Translations under genes and position numbers: made by a program | From: a virus | Lineage: Duplodnaviria > Caudoviricetes | Strand: one strand, 5' to 3' | Virus record (IMG/VR): IMGVR_UViG_3300033407_000073 | Coordinates: 1 to 36,057 of that record | DNA: 36,057 bases | In this document: positions 1-7,832 of the stretch, piece after piece | Layout: every line of letters begins with the position of its first letter | Position numbering within the stretch: position 1 is the first letter of the stretch | The notes under the pieces: generated by a model | What the model was told of the DNA's origin: nothing | Database searches by the model: none | What the model saw: only the letters and a program-made list of their open reading frames with translations

Positions 1-127
1 GGCGGCCGCCCAAACCGATGCAGACATCCTCATCTTCGGGGATGCGGACACGGTCGGAGATCACCAGGCCATCCGTGAGGCGGTAGATCACGCCTCAGAG
101 ACGGGCGAGTTGACGTATCCGCACACC
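1..127. repeat. 127-bp terminal overlap, copy 1 (circular assembly)
   Basis: Identical to 35931-36057; one ORF reads in frame across the join. Confidence 0.97.
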
Positions 128-550
128 CGGACGGTGAAGCTCTCCAAGACCGGCACGGCTCAGTTGAAAGCCGGGCAGAGCGTCAAGGGCGGCCAGCGGC
201 TCGAGGGGTCCCCCGCCGGGATTCTCGTCGTCCGCCGCGACCTCTACGAACAAGTGCTCTGGGATGAACGCTTCGACGCCGGCTGGGGCTACGAGGACGT
301 CGCGTTCGCGATGGCCGCCCGCACACTCGGCGGCGTCCACCGCATTGAAGCGAACATCATCCACCTGTGGCATCCGGTCGCCGCCGAGAAACGAGACGCC
401 ATCGGATACAAGACCGGCAACCGGGCACTCCGAGACGAATACGGCCGAGCCGACGGGAACCCGAAGTCCATGAGGCGACTGCTGGAGGAGCTGCGATGTT
501 GTTCGGCCAGCAGACCGCCGCTACCGGCCCCTGGTTCCACCAGCGGCTAG
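1..550 (+). CDS. GT-A fold (GT2/GT7C-like) glycosyltransferase, 3' part; gene starts at 35788 and wraps the junction (~230 aa total)
   Basis: Joined translation MVAVCVPWRPGDPHR...FNRAAARNKAA...DILIFGDADT (DxD)...WDERFDAGWGYEDVAF...HLWH. Confidence 0.85.
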   Translation, partial: AAAQTDADILIFGDADTVGDHQAIREAVDHASETGELTYPHTRTVKLSKTGTAQLKAGQSVKGGQRLEGSPAGILVVRRDLYEQVLWDERFDAGWGYEDVAFAMAARTLGGVHRIEANIIHLWHPVAAEKRDAIGYKTGNRALRDEYGRADGNPKSMRRLLEELRCCSASRPPLPAPGSTSG

Positions 551-1350
551 GACAAGCCCACTCGATCCCCGTCACCGAATGGCCCCACTTCCTCGCCCTG
601 GAGGGCGACCACGACGCCTACCTGGACTATCTGAAGGTCTCATGGTCGTACTACCGGCCGAAGTCCAACACACCACAGGAACGCGCGGCTCAGCTGGCAC
701 GACTGTTGACGACCGATAACAGCGAACCGGTGAAGGTGGTGCGTCGACCTGACGGCGAGATGCTGGTGGTTGACGGGAATCATCGGACCGCTGTCGCCTT
801 CCACCGCGGAGCCGAGCCGGACATCATCGAGATTCCCGCTGCCACATGGCTGGAGAAATCAGTGGCAAACCCGACCGAACGTTACGGGACACGGCCGGGG
901 TTGCCTTACCAGTCGGTCTTCCACGACGGCCGGGAGATCATCCAGGGAAGGCGCAGGGACACGTTGACACGCCACCAGGCGATCGCTGCTGAGGATGTCC
1001 TCGACTTGGGGTGCAATATCGGAGCAGCGACGTTCCTCGCCGGCGGTCACGGCGTGGACACGTCGCCCCGGATGATCACGTCAGCGTGGAGGCTCGCCGC
1101 CTACCTGGCAAGCCCGGCGACGTTCGACGTGGCCGACCTCAACACGCAGGCCTTCGAGTCGGAGACGGTGTTCTGCTTCGCGGTCATCGCTCACCTCACC
1201 GACCTGACGGCGGTCCGGGCAACCCTGTCGAACGCTGAGACCGTCTATTTCGAAGAGAACGACGGCCGCGCCCAGTTCCCGAAGGTGGCCGACCTGTTCA
1301 CCCAGGTGGAGGAGCTGGCAGGAGACCGGAGGTTGTACCGGTGCCGTTGA
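496..1350 (+). CDS. ParB/Srx-like domain fused to class I SAM-dependent methyltransferase (284 aa)
   Basis: ATG at 496 after GGAGGAG; PVKVV...VVDGNHR (ParB-like) followed by DVLDLGCNIG (SAM motif I). Confidence 0.7.
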   Translation: MLFGQQTAATGPWFHQRLGQAHSIPVTEWPHFLALEGDHDAYLDYLKVSWSYYRPKSNTPQERAAQLARLLTTDNSEPVKVVRRPDGEMLVVDGNHRTAVAFHRGAEPDIIEIPAATWLEKSVANPTERYGTRPGLPYQSVFHDGREIIQGRRRDTLTRHQAIAAEDVLDLGCNIGAATFLAGGHGVDTSPRMITSAWRLAAYLASPATFDVADLNTQAFESETVFCFAVIAHLTDLTAVRATLSNAETVYFEENDGRAQFPKVADLFTQVEELAGDRRLYRCR

Positions 1351-2033
1351 GAGCCTTCTGGTACAGGAACGTCCGCAACTTCGGGGATCTGCTCACCGAG
1401 TGGCTCCTGGCCGAGCACGGGATCGAGGTCGAATGGACCCCACCGAAACGAGCCGAGTTCGTGGGGGTCGGTTCGATCCTCCAGGCTCTCCCACCGAGGT
1501 GGTCAGGAACGGTGTGGGGCGCCGGTCACATCAAACGCCGAGCGCATCTACCCAACGCCCACATCCTCGCTCTGAGAGGCCCGCTGACCGGCGACGCTCC
1601 GCTTTACGCAGATCCCGGTCTGCTCGCTGGGAGGGGCGTGTCAGTGACCGCGGAGCATCCGACAGGTGTGGTCGCCCACTACATCGCGCCGCTTCCCGTC
1701 GACGGATACCGGATCGATGTCCAAGCCGACCCTGACACGGTGATCCGAGAGGCCGCCAGATGCGAGCGGATCGTCTCGTCGTCACTCCACGGTCTGATCC
1801 TCGCCGACAGCCTCGGCATCCCCAACAAGTGGGTGCATGAGCCGAAGGTCGTCGGCGACGGCTTCAAGTTCCGGGACTACGCAGCATCGTTCGGTGAGAC
1901 GATCGTGCCGGGAGTGTGGCGGCTGGCCCCCCAAGAGCAGGTGGTCGAGAAGCAGGAGCGGCTTGTCGAATGTCTGATGTCGTCTATTTCGTCCGTCCCG
2001 GCGACGACAATCCCGAGCTCCGCTATTCACTGA
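1341..2033 (+). CDS. Polysaccharide pyruvyl transferase-like protein (ExoV/GumL-like)
   Basis: NFGDLL, VGSIL, VWGAG, ALRGPLT, DPGLL, SSSLHGLILADSLGIP, FKFRDY motifs. Confidence 0.85.
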   Translation: MPLRAFWYRNVRNFGDLLTEWLLAEHGIEVEWTPPKRAEFVGVGSILQALPPRWSGTVWGAGHIKRRAHLPNAHILALRGPLTGDAPLYADPGLLAGRGVSVTAEHPTGVVAHYIAPLPVDGYRIDVQADPDTVIREAARCERIVSSSLHGLILADSLGIPNKWVHEPKVVGDGFKFRDYAASFGETIVPGVWRLAPQEQVVEKQERLVECLMSSISSVPATTIPSSAIH

Positions 2034-2917
2034 GATCCCTCGACAACATCGACCACGGCGACGTGTGGATCGTCGGTCACAAGCCGTCATGGGTGCGGAA
2101 CGTCCGCCACATCGACTACACCGCCGACCCGGCACTGTCGAAGTGGGAGAACGTCACCCACGCCACCGCGATCTCCACCGGCCAGCTCCCAGACGAGTGG
2201 GTGCTGTTCAACGATGACTTCTTCGCCGTCAAACCCACCGTCGTCCCTCTCTGGTATCACGGCCGACTGAAAACCGTCGAACGGCCCGGGAACGGAGCCA
2301 CATGGCGGGCGGGGAAGTACCAGACGGCACGTCTCCTCGAGTCGTGGGGCTCTGACACGGTCGACTACGAGCTGCATGTCCCGATGCCGGTCATCAACGA
2401 CGGCATGGCCGAAGTGCTGGGCAGAACGAACGGCCGGATCGTCGCACTGCAGCGACGCAGCCTGTACGCCAACTATCTCGGAGTGGGCGGCACCCAGCAT
2501 GTGGATGTGGCTGTCGGCCAGCGGGGGACATGGCGACCGGACTGGGGTTGGGTTGCCACCAACGACGTATCGTTCCGGTCGTGCGAGGTCGGTGAGCGGA
2601 TCCGTGACCTGTTCCCCACACCCTCCGTATTCGAGGGTAAGGCCCGGCCGGTCCCTCAAACCCGGTCTGAGCGGCTCACAGTGAAGAAGGCCCAAGCGAT
2701 GGAGGAGTCTGTCATGCCCAGATATCAGAACAAGAAGGAGCGGCTCGTCAGGAAGGTGTACCGGGACGGGACCGTGACCGTCCTCGTAGACGGTCAGTGG
2801 CAGCCAGAAACGACGGTCACGGACGAGCCTGACGGGTTCGCCTGTGACTGTGGGTTCGTCGCGAAGACCGCCGGAGGGCTCACATCCCATCAGCGGTCAC
2901 ACACGAAGGAGAAGTGA
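1970..2917 (+). CDS. Stealth-like sugar-phosphotransferase with C-terminal basic/zinc-finger extension
   Basis: ATG at 1970; DVVY, ELRYSLRSL, LFNDDFF and LHVPMP resemble Stealth conserved regions; C-terminal CDC...SHQRSH. Confidence 0.65.
   Translation: MSDVVYFVRPGDDNPELRYSLRSLDNIDHGDVWIVGHKPSWVRNVRHIDYTADPALSKWENVTHATAISTGQLPDEWVLFNDDFFAVKPTVVPLWYHGRLKTVERPGNGATWRAGKYQTARLLESWGSDTVDYELHVPMPVINDGMAEVLGRTNGRIVALQRRSLYANYLGVGGTQHVDVAVGQRGTWRPDWGWVATNDVSFRSCEVGERIRDLFPTPSVFEGKARPVPQTRSERLTVKKAQAMEESVMPRYQNKKERLVRKVYRDGTVTVLVDGQWQPETTVTDEPDGFACDCGFVAKTAGGLTSHQRSHTKEK
2714..2917 (+). CDS. Possible separately initiated 67-aa zinc-finger-like protein, in frame inside the Stealth-like ORF
   Basis: GGAGGAG at 2701-2707 upstream of in-frame ATG 2714; FACDCGFVAKTAGGLTSHQRSH. 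Confidence 0.5.
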   Translation: MPRYQNKKERLVRKVYRDGTVTVLVDGQWQPETTVTDEPDGFACDCGFVAKTAGGLTSHQRSHTKEK

Positions 2918-3114
2918 TGCCGTCGCTTGAGGTGAAGATCGACACACGCATCCCCTTCAGAACGAAAGCTCGCATGAAGGTCGGGTGGCTGACCGCCCGG
3001 CTCGGTCTGCTCACCGTCACGTCTCGTCTGGTGCGCCGGTTGGCGTTCGACTATCGGATCGGCCGTGGCAAGTGGACGCGGCGGTGGGTGGAAACGGAGA
3101 TGACGTGGCACTGA
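2914..3114 (+). CDS. Small basic hypothetical protein
   Basis: AAGGAG RBS; GTGA overlap with upstream stop. Confidence 0.6.
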   Translation: MMPSLEVKIDTRIPFRTKARMKVGWLTARLGLLTVTSRLVRRLAFDYRIGRGKWTRRWVETEMTWH

Positions 3115-3524
3115 TCACCGAAGCCTTCTACACCGCCCGATACGGATCGGGGAACAGCGCCCAGATCACCGCGTTCATCGCCGATGTCTCCGCCGAAGTC
3201 GTCGACTACGTGAACACCCTCGATACGGACTCCGTCGATCCGATCGACGCCGACGACTGGGACGACATCACCGCCCCAGCCGCCATCCAGGGGGCAGTCG
3301 CTCGGATCGTGAACCGGGCGATCGGCAACCCCCTCGGCATCTCCCAGGAGGGTCTTGGGGATCATCAGCGTTCGTTCACGGTGGGCATGTCGGGCGGGAT
3401 GATGTCACCCAAGGACAAGCGGATCATCCGGCGGGCTGCGGGGGCGTCAGGCGGTCAGAACCTGGGCATGGAAGGGTATCTGCCGCTCGAACCGGTGCCG
3501 CTCGAGTCTGACCTCGGGCTGTGA
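3105..3524 (+). CDS. Head-tail adaptor protein
   Basis: GTG at 3105 with GGAG RBS; P.AIQGAVARIV.RA..NP.G..QE.LGD pattern; position between capsid and tail genes. Confidence 0.7.
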   Translation: MALITEAFYTARYGSGNSAQITAFIADVSAEVVDYVNTLDTDSVDPIDADDWDDITAPAAIQGAVARIVNRAIGNPLGISQEGLGDHQRSFTVGMSGGMMSPKDKRIIRRAAGASGGQNLGMEGYLPLEPVPLESDLGL

Positions 3525-3537
3525 TATCTAGCGGGAA

Positions 3538-3640
3538 GAACCCCTCGGGTAGCGCCCGCCCAAGCGCCAAGCCGTTTGCCTCTACAGGTCGGGCTGCCGG
3601 TCCCCGAGGGGTTTCACCAAGAGATTGTAGGGGAGGCTTG
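3538..3640 (+). promoter_or_regulatory. Structured intergenic RNA element (two interleaved stems, one covering the next RBS)
   Basis: 3539-3549 pairs with 3603-3613; 3568-3573 and 3579-3586 pair with 3635-3640 and 3626-3633. Confidence 0.5.
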
Positions 3641-3642
3641 TC

Positions 3643-3999
3643 GTGTCTGCCATCACCCACTGGTTGAACACGTCCCTGGTGGTCTGGCGGCCCTCGCTCG
3701 TGGCTGACGGGTCGGGAGGGTTCACCGAAACCCTCGCCAGTCAGGGCGCTCAGTCGTTCAAGGTCGACCAGTCCTCGGCGGCCGAGCAGACGGTCGCGCA
3801 GCAGGCAGGTGCCAACCACACCCACTCGATCTTCGGTGAACCCGACGTGGACGTGAAACGGGGCGACTGGCTCGCCCCGTCCGGTGTGGATCCGAACGAC
3901 CCGACCGCAGGCCAGACCGCCTATCAGGTGATCTCCACCACCCAGCCGTCCACCCCCCGCTACCTGAAATGCGCGGTCGAGAGAATCGAAGTGGCATGA
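3643..3999 (+). CDS. Head closure/stopper protein
   Basis: DGSGGFTE, AE...AQQAGA..TH, DVKRGD motifs; synteny. Confidence 0.75.
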   Translation: MSAITHWLNTSLVVWRPSLVADGSGGFTETLASQGAQSFKVDQSSAAEQTVAQQAGANHTHSIFGEPDVDVKRGDWLAPSGVDPNDPTAGQTAYQVISTTQPSTPRYLKCAVERIEVA

Positions 4000-4337
4000 A
4001 GATCAGCATCGAAGGCATCCCCGAACTGGAGAAGGCGCTCGCCGACAAGACCTCCGAGATGCACGGTCAGCTGGTCGAAGCGGTCGAAGAGGCCGCCCGG
4101 GCGGTCCGCGACGACGCCCGCCAGCTCGTCCCCCGCGACACCGGAACCCTCCACGACGGCATCAACTACACGACCGACGGACCCACCGCCGAAATCGGGG
4201 TCCTCGACCCGTCCCTGCACTATGGGGCGTTCGTCGAATTCGGCACGTCGAAGATGCCTGCCCGTCCGTTCATGGCCCCGGCCGGTGACCTCGAACGGGC
4301 CCGGTTTGTGAAACGCCTGAAAGACGCGGTCCGATGA
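3996..4337 (+). CDS. HK97 gp10-like tail completion protein
   Basis: ATGA overlap; VPRDTGTL, YGAFVEFGTSKMPARPFMAPA. Confidence 0.9.
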   Translation: MKISIEGIPELEKALADKTSEMHGQLVEAVEEAARAVRDDARQLVPRDTGTLHDGINYTTDGPTAEIGVLDPSLHYGAFVEFGTSKMPARPFMAPAGDLERARFVKRLKDAVR

Positions 4338-4732
4338 CCGCCCAAACTCCGGTCGGGCTGATCCAGACAGCCATCTATGAGCGGCTGGGCAGCGAGTCCA
4401 CCCTGCTCGATGTCTACGACCATGTGCCCGAGGGCACACCGAAACCGTATGTGGTGGTCGGTGAAGCCTATGAGACGCCCCGGAACTCTCATTCGGAGCA
4501 TGGCCGCCGCACCGTCCACACTATCCACGTCTGGTCCGACCACCGTGGCTATTCGGAAGCGACCGGGATCTGTGACGTCATCGTCGCCCTGTTGGATCAC
4601 CAGCCGATGACGATCGCCGGATTCAACACCGTGTCGGTCCGTTTCGAGTTCCTCCAGCTCGCCCCCGACCCTGATCCGGACGTCCGGCATGCGCTGATCC
4701 GGTTCGTCGTCACCACAGAACAGACCTCCTAG
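4334..4732 (+). CDS. Tail terminator (DUF3168/SPP1 gp17-like)
   Basis: VYDHVPEGTPKPYVVVGE, TIHVWS motifs; synteny. Confidence 0.85.
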   Translation: MTAQTPVGLIQTAIYERLGSESTLLDVYDHVPEGTPKPYVVVGEAYETPRNSHSEHGRRTVHTIHVWSDHRGYSEATGICDVIVALLDHQPMTIAGFNTVSVRFEFLQLAPDPDPDVRHALIRFVVTTEQTS

Positions 4733-4756
4733 CGCCACCCCGGCACCCCAACACGG

Positions 4757-4781
4757 AAGCCCTCGAAGTCCGGGGGCTTTC
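4757..4781 (+). terminator. Hairpin upstream of major tail gene (terminator/attenuator-like)
   Basis: aagccctcg-aagtc-cgggggctt then tc. Confidence 0.5.
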
Positions 4782-4805
4782 TCGCGTCATGAAGGAGAAG
4801 AGACA

Positions 4806-5219
4806 ATGTCCGGCAAAGACGGATTCGGTACGAAGCTGCTTCGCAGCGACATGGCATCCTCGCCCACGTTCACCGAGCTGGCGGGGATCACAAGCATCAG
4901 CGGCCCAGGGATTTCGAGGGAGATCCTCGATGTGACCGCCCACGACTCCGCGGACGCCTACCGGGAGTTCCTCGGCGGGGTGAAAGACCCCGGGGAGGTG
5001 TCGGTCGACGTCAACTATGACTCGTCTGTGCATGACGTGTGGGTTGATGACCTCGACGACGTGGACCCGCGCGACTACCAGCTGGAGTTCCCCGACGGGA
5101 CCGTCTGGGACTTCAAGGCGTTCCTCACCAACTTCGAACCGACCGCACCCTTCGACGACAAGCTCACCGCCAGCGCATCGTTCAAGGTGACCGGCAAGCC
5201 CGTCATCACCCCGGCATGA
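4806..5219 (+). CDS. Major tail tube protein
   Basis: ISGPGISRE..DVT.HDS...REF.GGVKDPGE, F.VTGKP; AAGGAG RBS. Confidence 0.9.
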   Translation: MSGKDGFGTKLLRSDMASSPTFTELAGITSISGPGISREILDVTAHDSADAYREFLGGVKDPGEVSVDVNYDSSVHDVWVDDLDDVDPRDYQLEFPDGTVWDFKAFLTNFEPTAPFDDKLTASASFKVTGKPVITPA

Positions 5220-5611
5220 GCCTCCTCACACGCGACCAGGTCGACAACGCCGACGACCTCCCCTACGAGGACGTGCCGGTCCCCGAATGGGGTGGCACTG
5301 TCCGGTTGCGGACCCTCACCGGAGCCGAACGGGACGCGTTCGAGGCGTCGGTGGTGTCCCAGAACGGGACGAACCGGCGGGTCAACCTGAAGAACGTCCG
5401 CGCGAGGCTGGTCGGCCTGAGCCTGGTCGACGAAGAGGGCAACCGTCTATACGCCGACGCTGACGTGCCGAAGCTCGGGAAGAAGTCAGCAAAGGTCCTC
5501 GACCGGCTCTTCTCGAAGGCACAGAAGCTGTCCGGGCTCACCGACGACGACGTCGAGGAGCTCGTTGAGGGTTTCGGGATCGCCCCGAACGACGAGCCTG
5601 GTTCCGGATAG
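5216..5611 (+). CDS. Tail assembly chaperone (G-like)
   Basis: VPVPEWGGTVRLR.LTG.ERDAFE; directly after major tail gene. Confidence 0.9.
   Translation: MSLLTRDQVDNADDLPYEDVPVPEWGGTVRLRTLTGAERDAFEASVVSQNGTNRRVNLKNVRARLVGLSLVDEEGNRLYADADVPKLGKKSAKVLDRLFSKAQKLSGLTDDDVEELVEGFGIAPNDEPGSG
5569..5575 (+). promoter_or_regulatory. -1 programmed frameshift slippery site G GGT TTC
   Basis: X XXY YYZ heptamer in the correct phase of the chaperone ORF; the -1 frame is open to 5904. Confidence 0.8.
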
Positions 5612-5904
5612 CCGCACATCTCGGGATGACGGTCCGGGAGGCGCAGACCCGCATCGATTCGCGGGAGTTCGCCGAATGGCTCGCATACGAGAGGCTGACC
5701 GGTCCGCTCGGCGGTGAACGGGGCGACCTCCACACGGCGATCCTCGCCGCCACCGTCCACAACCTGTGGGCGAAACGGCCCCGCAAGCTGCGGGACTTCA
5801 TGCCGCAGTGGGCGCAGAAACGCCAGACCGTCGACGAACAGCTCGCCTGGGTGAAAGCCATGAACAAGGCGTTCGGTGGGACCGTGGAAGGAGCCGACGA
5901 GTGA
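5569..5904 (+). CDS. Tail assembly chaperone frameshift extension (GT-like)
   Basis: -1 frame reads GFRDRPERRAWFRIAAHLGMTVREAQTRIDSREFAEWLAY... Confidence 0.8.
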   Translation, partial: GFRDRPERRAWFRIAAHLGMTVREAQTRIDSREFAEWLAYERLTGPLGGERGDLHTAILAATVHNLWAKRPRKLRDFMPQWAQKRQTVDEQLAWVKAMNKAFGGTVEGADE

Positions 5905-7832
5905 GCACTCTTGCTGAGCTGATGGTGAAAATCGGGGTCGACGACACCGACCTCGAGAAATCCATCTCCTCTGTCGGCACGAAGGTCGGCGCGTTGGCCA
6001 CCGCCGCCGGCGCCGGCCTGGAAGGGTTCGCCCGTTCCCAGCAGGAACGCAACGTCATGCTCGAACAGATGGGCCGTGTGACCGGGGAAGGGTCCGACGC
6101 GTTACGCGCGATGGCCACGGACCTGCAGAACGTCACCTTCCCGATGGGGGAGGTCGTCGATCTGATGGAGACCGCCACCCAGCGGGGCCTTCGCGGGGAC
6201 GCCATCGCCGAATACGCCACCTTCTGGGACATGGTCGGGGACGCCACCGGCGAGGCCGGGCCCGCGTTGGGTAAGGCGGGGGTGGCGCTCGGTCTGGTCG
6301 GTATCGCCGCCGGGAACGAGGCGGAAGCTCTCGACGCGTTCGGTTACATCACCGACAACACGACCGGGTCGATCGAGGGGTTCCTGAAGTTCGTTGAGAA
6401 GACCGCCACCGAGTTGGGTGACGCCACCCCCAACGTCAACGACATGGCCGGGGCTCTCGGTGCTCTCGAGGACTCCGGTTTGTCGTCCCAGCGTGCGCAG
6501 CGCGAGTTGCGTTCTGCGCTGTCCGCCACCGACGGCGACATGGTCGCCGCCCTCGAAACTCTCGGTATCACCGAAGAGGCGTATCTGGCTCAGGTTGAAG
6601 CAGTGTCGGCGTCGTCGGGTGCGATCGAGGCGAACGCCGGGGCGTATGCGGATTCGTTCACTCCGATGCAGAAGATGCAGGCGAAGATCGAGAACCTGAT
6701 GACCAAATATGGGGGCCTCGCGGACGCCGCCGGGATGGTCGCAGCTCCCCTGTCATCGGTGGGCGTAGCGATGATGGGGTTCTCCCGGCTCGCGCCCGGG
6801 TTCATCGGCCGTATCGGCGCGATGGTCGCCGCCATCGGCACGAAGATCACCGCGCTCGGCTCGTGGGCCGCGGCGACTGTCGCGCAGGGGGCGAAGGCGT
6901 TGGCGTCGATGGCAGTGACAGCCGCCAAGTTCGTTGCCCACTACGCCCGGATGGCTGTTGCGTCGCTTGTCTCCGCAGCGAAGATCGCCCTGTCGTGGAT
7001 CATCGCTATGGGACCTATCGCGCTCGTCATCGCCGCAGTGGTCGGCCTTGTCGCTCTCATCATTGCGAATTGGGACACGGTGAAGAAGTGGACGAAGAAG
7101 GCGTGGGAATGGGTGTCCGAGAAGATCGCCGCCGTCTGGGACTGGATCACAGACACCGTCTCTGCCGGGGTGACAGCGGTCGTCGGGTTCTTCACCAACC
7201 TGCGGGACAAGATTAAGGCTGCGGTGACCGCCGCACGTGACTGGGTGATCGAGAAGTTCGGTCAGCTGGTGACTGGTGCGATCGGCAAGGCGGTCGAACT
7301 GGTCGACTGGATCCGGGGGCTGCCCGCCCGCATCCTGTCCGCCATCGGGGACCTGGCGATGCTACTCGTTGATGCCGGGAAGAGCATCGTGACCGGCCTG
7401 TGGGAAGGCATCAAGTCGATGGGCGGATGGCTGGCCGACAAGATCGGCGGCTGGGTGAAGGACAAGATCCCCGGTCCGATCGCGTCGGTGCTTGGCATTT
7501 CGTCACCGTCGAAAGTGACCGCAGGGTTGGGTAGTGAGGTCGCCGCCGGGCTCGCGATGGGCATGTCAAAGGATCTGCGTCTGGTTGAGCGGTCCGCCAT
7601 GCGTCTCGCCGCCGCCTCCCTCCCGGAGATTTCGGGTGTGCGGACGCCTGGCGTGTCCTCCGCGTCCGGTGACGGTCCGGCGGTCCCGGCCGTTTCCGCC
7701 ATGTCGGGCGGATCTACGGCAGGGCAGTCAGCCCAGCAGCCGATCTACATCGGGAACGTGTACGGCTGGGATGACTTCGTGACGAAGGTGCGGGCGGCGG
7801 GCGTGGACATCAACCGGCTCGGCTGGCAATGA
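5901..7832 (+). CDS. Tape measure protein (643 aa)
   Basis: GTG at 5901 (STLAELMVKIGVD); Ala/Gly-rich, periodic Trp repeats, C-terminal LGISSPSKV. Confidence 0.92.
   Translation: MSTLAELMVKIGVDDTDLEKSISSVGTKVGALATAAGAGLEGFARSQQERNVMLEQMGRVTGEGSDALRAMATDLQNVTFPMGEVVDLMETATQRGLRGDAIAEYATFWDMVGDATGEAGPALGKAGVALGLVGIAAGNEAEALDAFGYITDNTTGSIEGFLKFVEKTATELGDATPNVNDMAGALGALEDSGLSSQRAQRELRSALSATDGDMVAALETLGITEEAYLAQVEAVSASSGAIEANAGAYADSFTPMQKMQAKIENLMTKYGGLADAAGMVAAPLSSVGVAMMGFSRLAPGFIGRIGAMVAAIGTKITALGSWAAATVAQGAKALASMAVTAAKFVAHYARMAVASLVSAAKIALSWIIAMGPIALVIAAVVGLVALIIANWDTVKKWTKKAWEWVSEKIAAVWDWITDTVSAGVTAVVGFFTNLRDKIKAAVTAARDWVIEKFGQLVTGAIGKAVELVDWIRGLPARILSAIGDLAMLLVDAGKSIVTGLWEGIKSMGGWLADKIGGWVKDKIPGPIASVLGISSPSKVTAGLGSEVAAGLAMGMSKDLRLVERSAMRLAAASLPEISGVRTPGVSSASGDGPAVPAVSAMSGGSTAGQSAQQPIYIGNVYGWDDFVTKVRAAGVDINRLGWQ

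Noticed and set aside
367-495. Long N-terminal extensions in the ORF track (also 1916, 2985, 5766, 13356, 16283, 16735, 29712, 31025)
   Set aside because: They overlap upstream genes or promoters; downstream starts have RBS or stop-start coupling.
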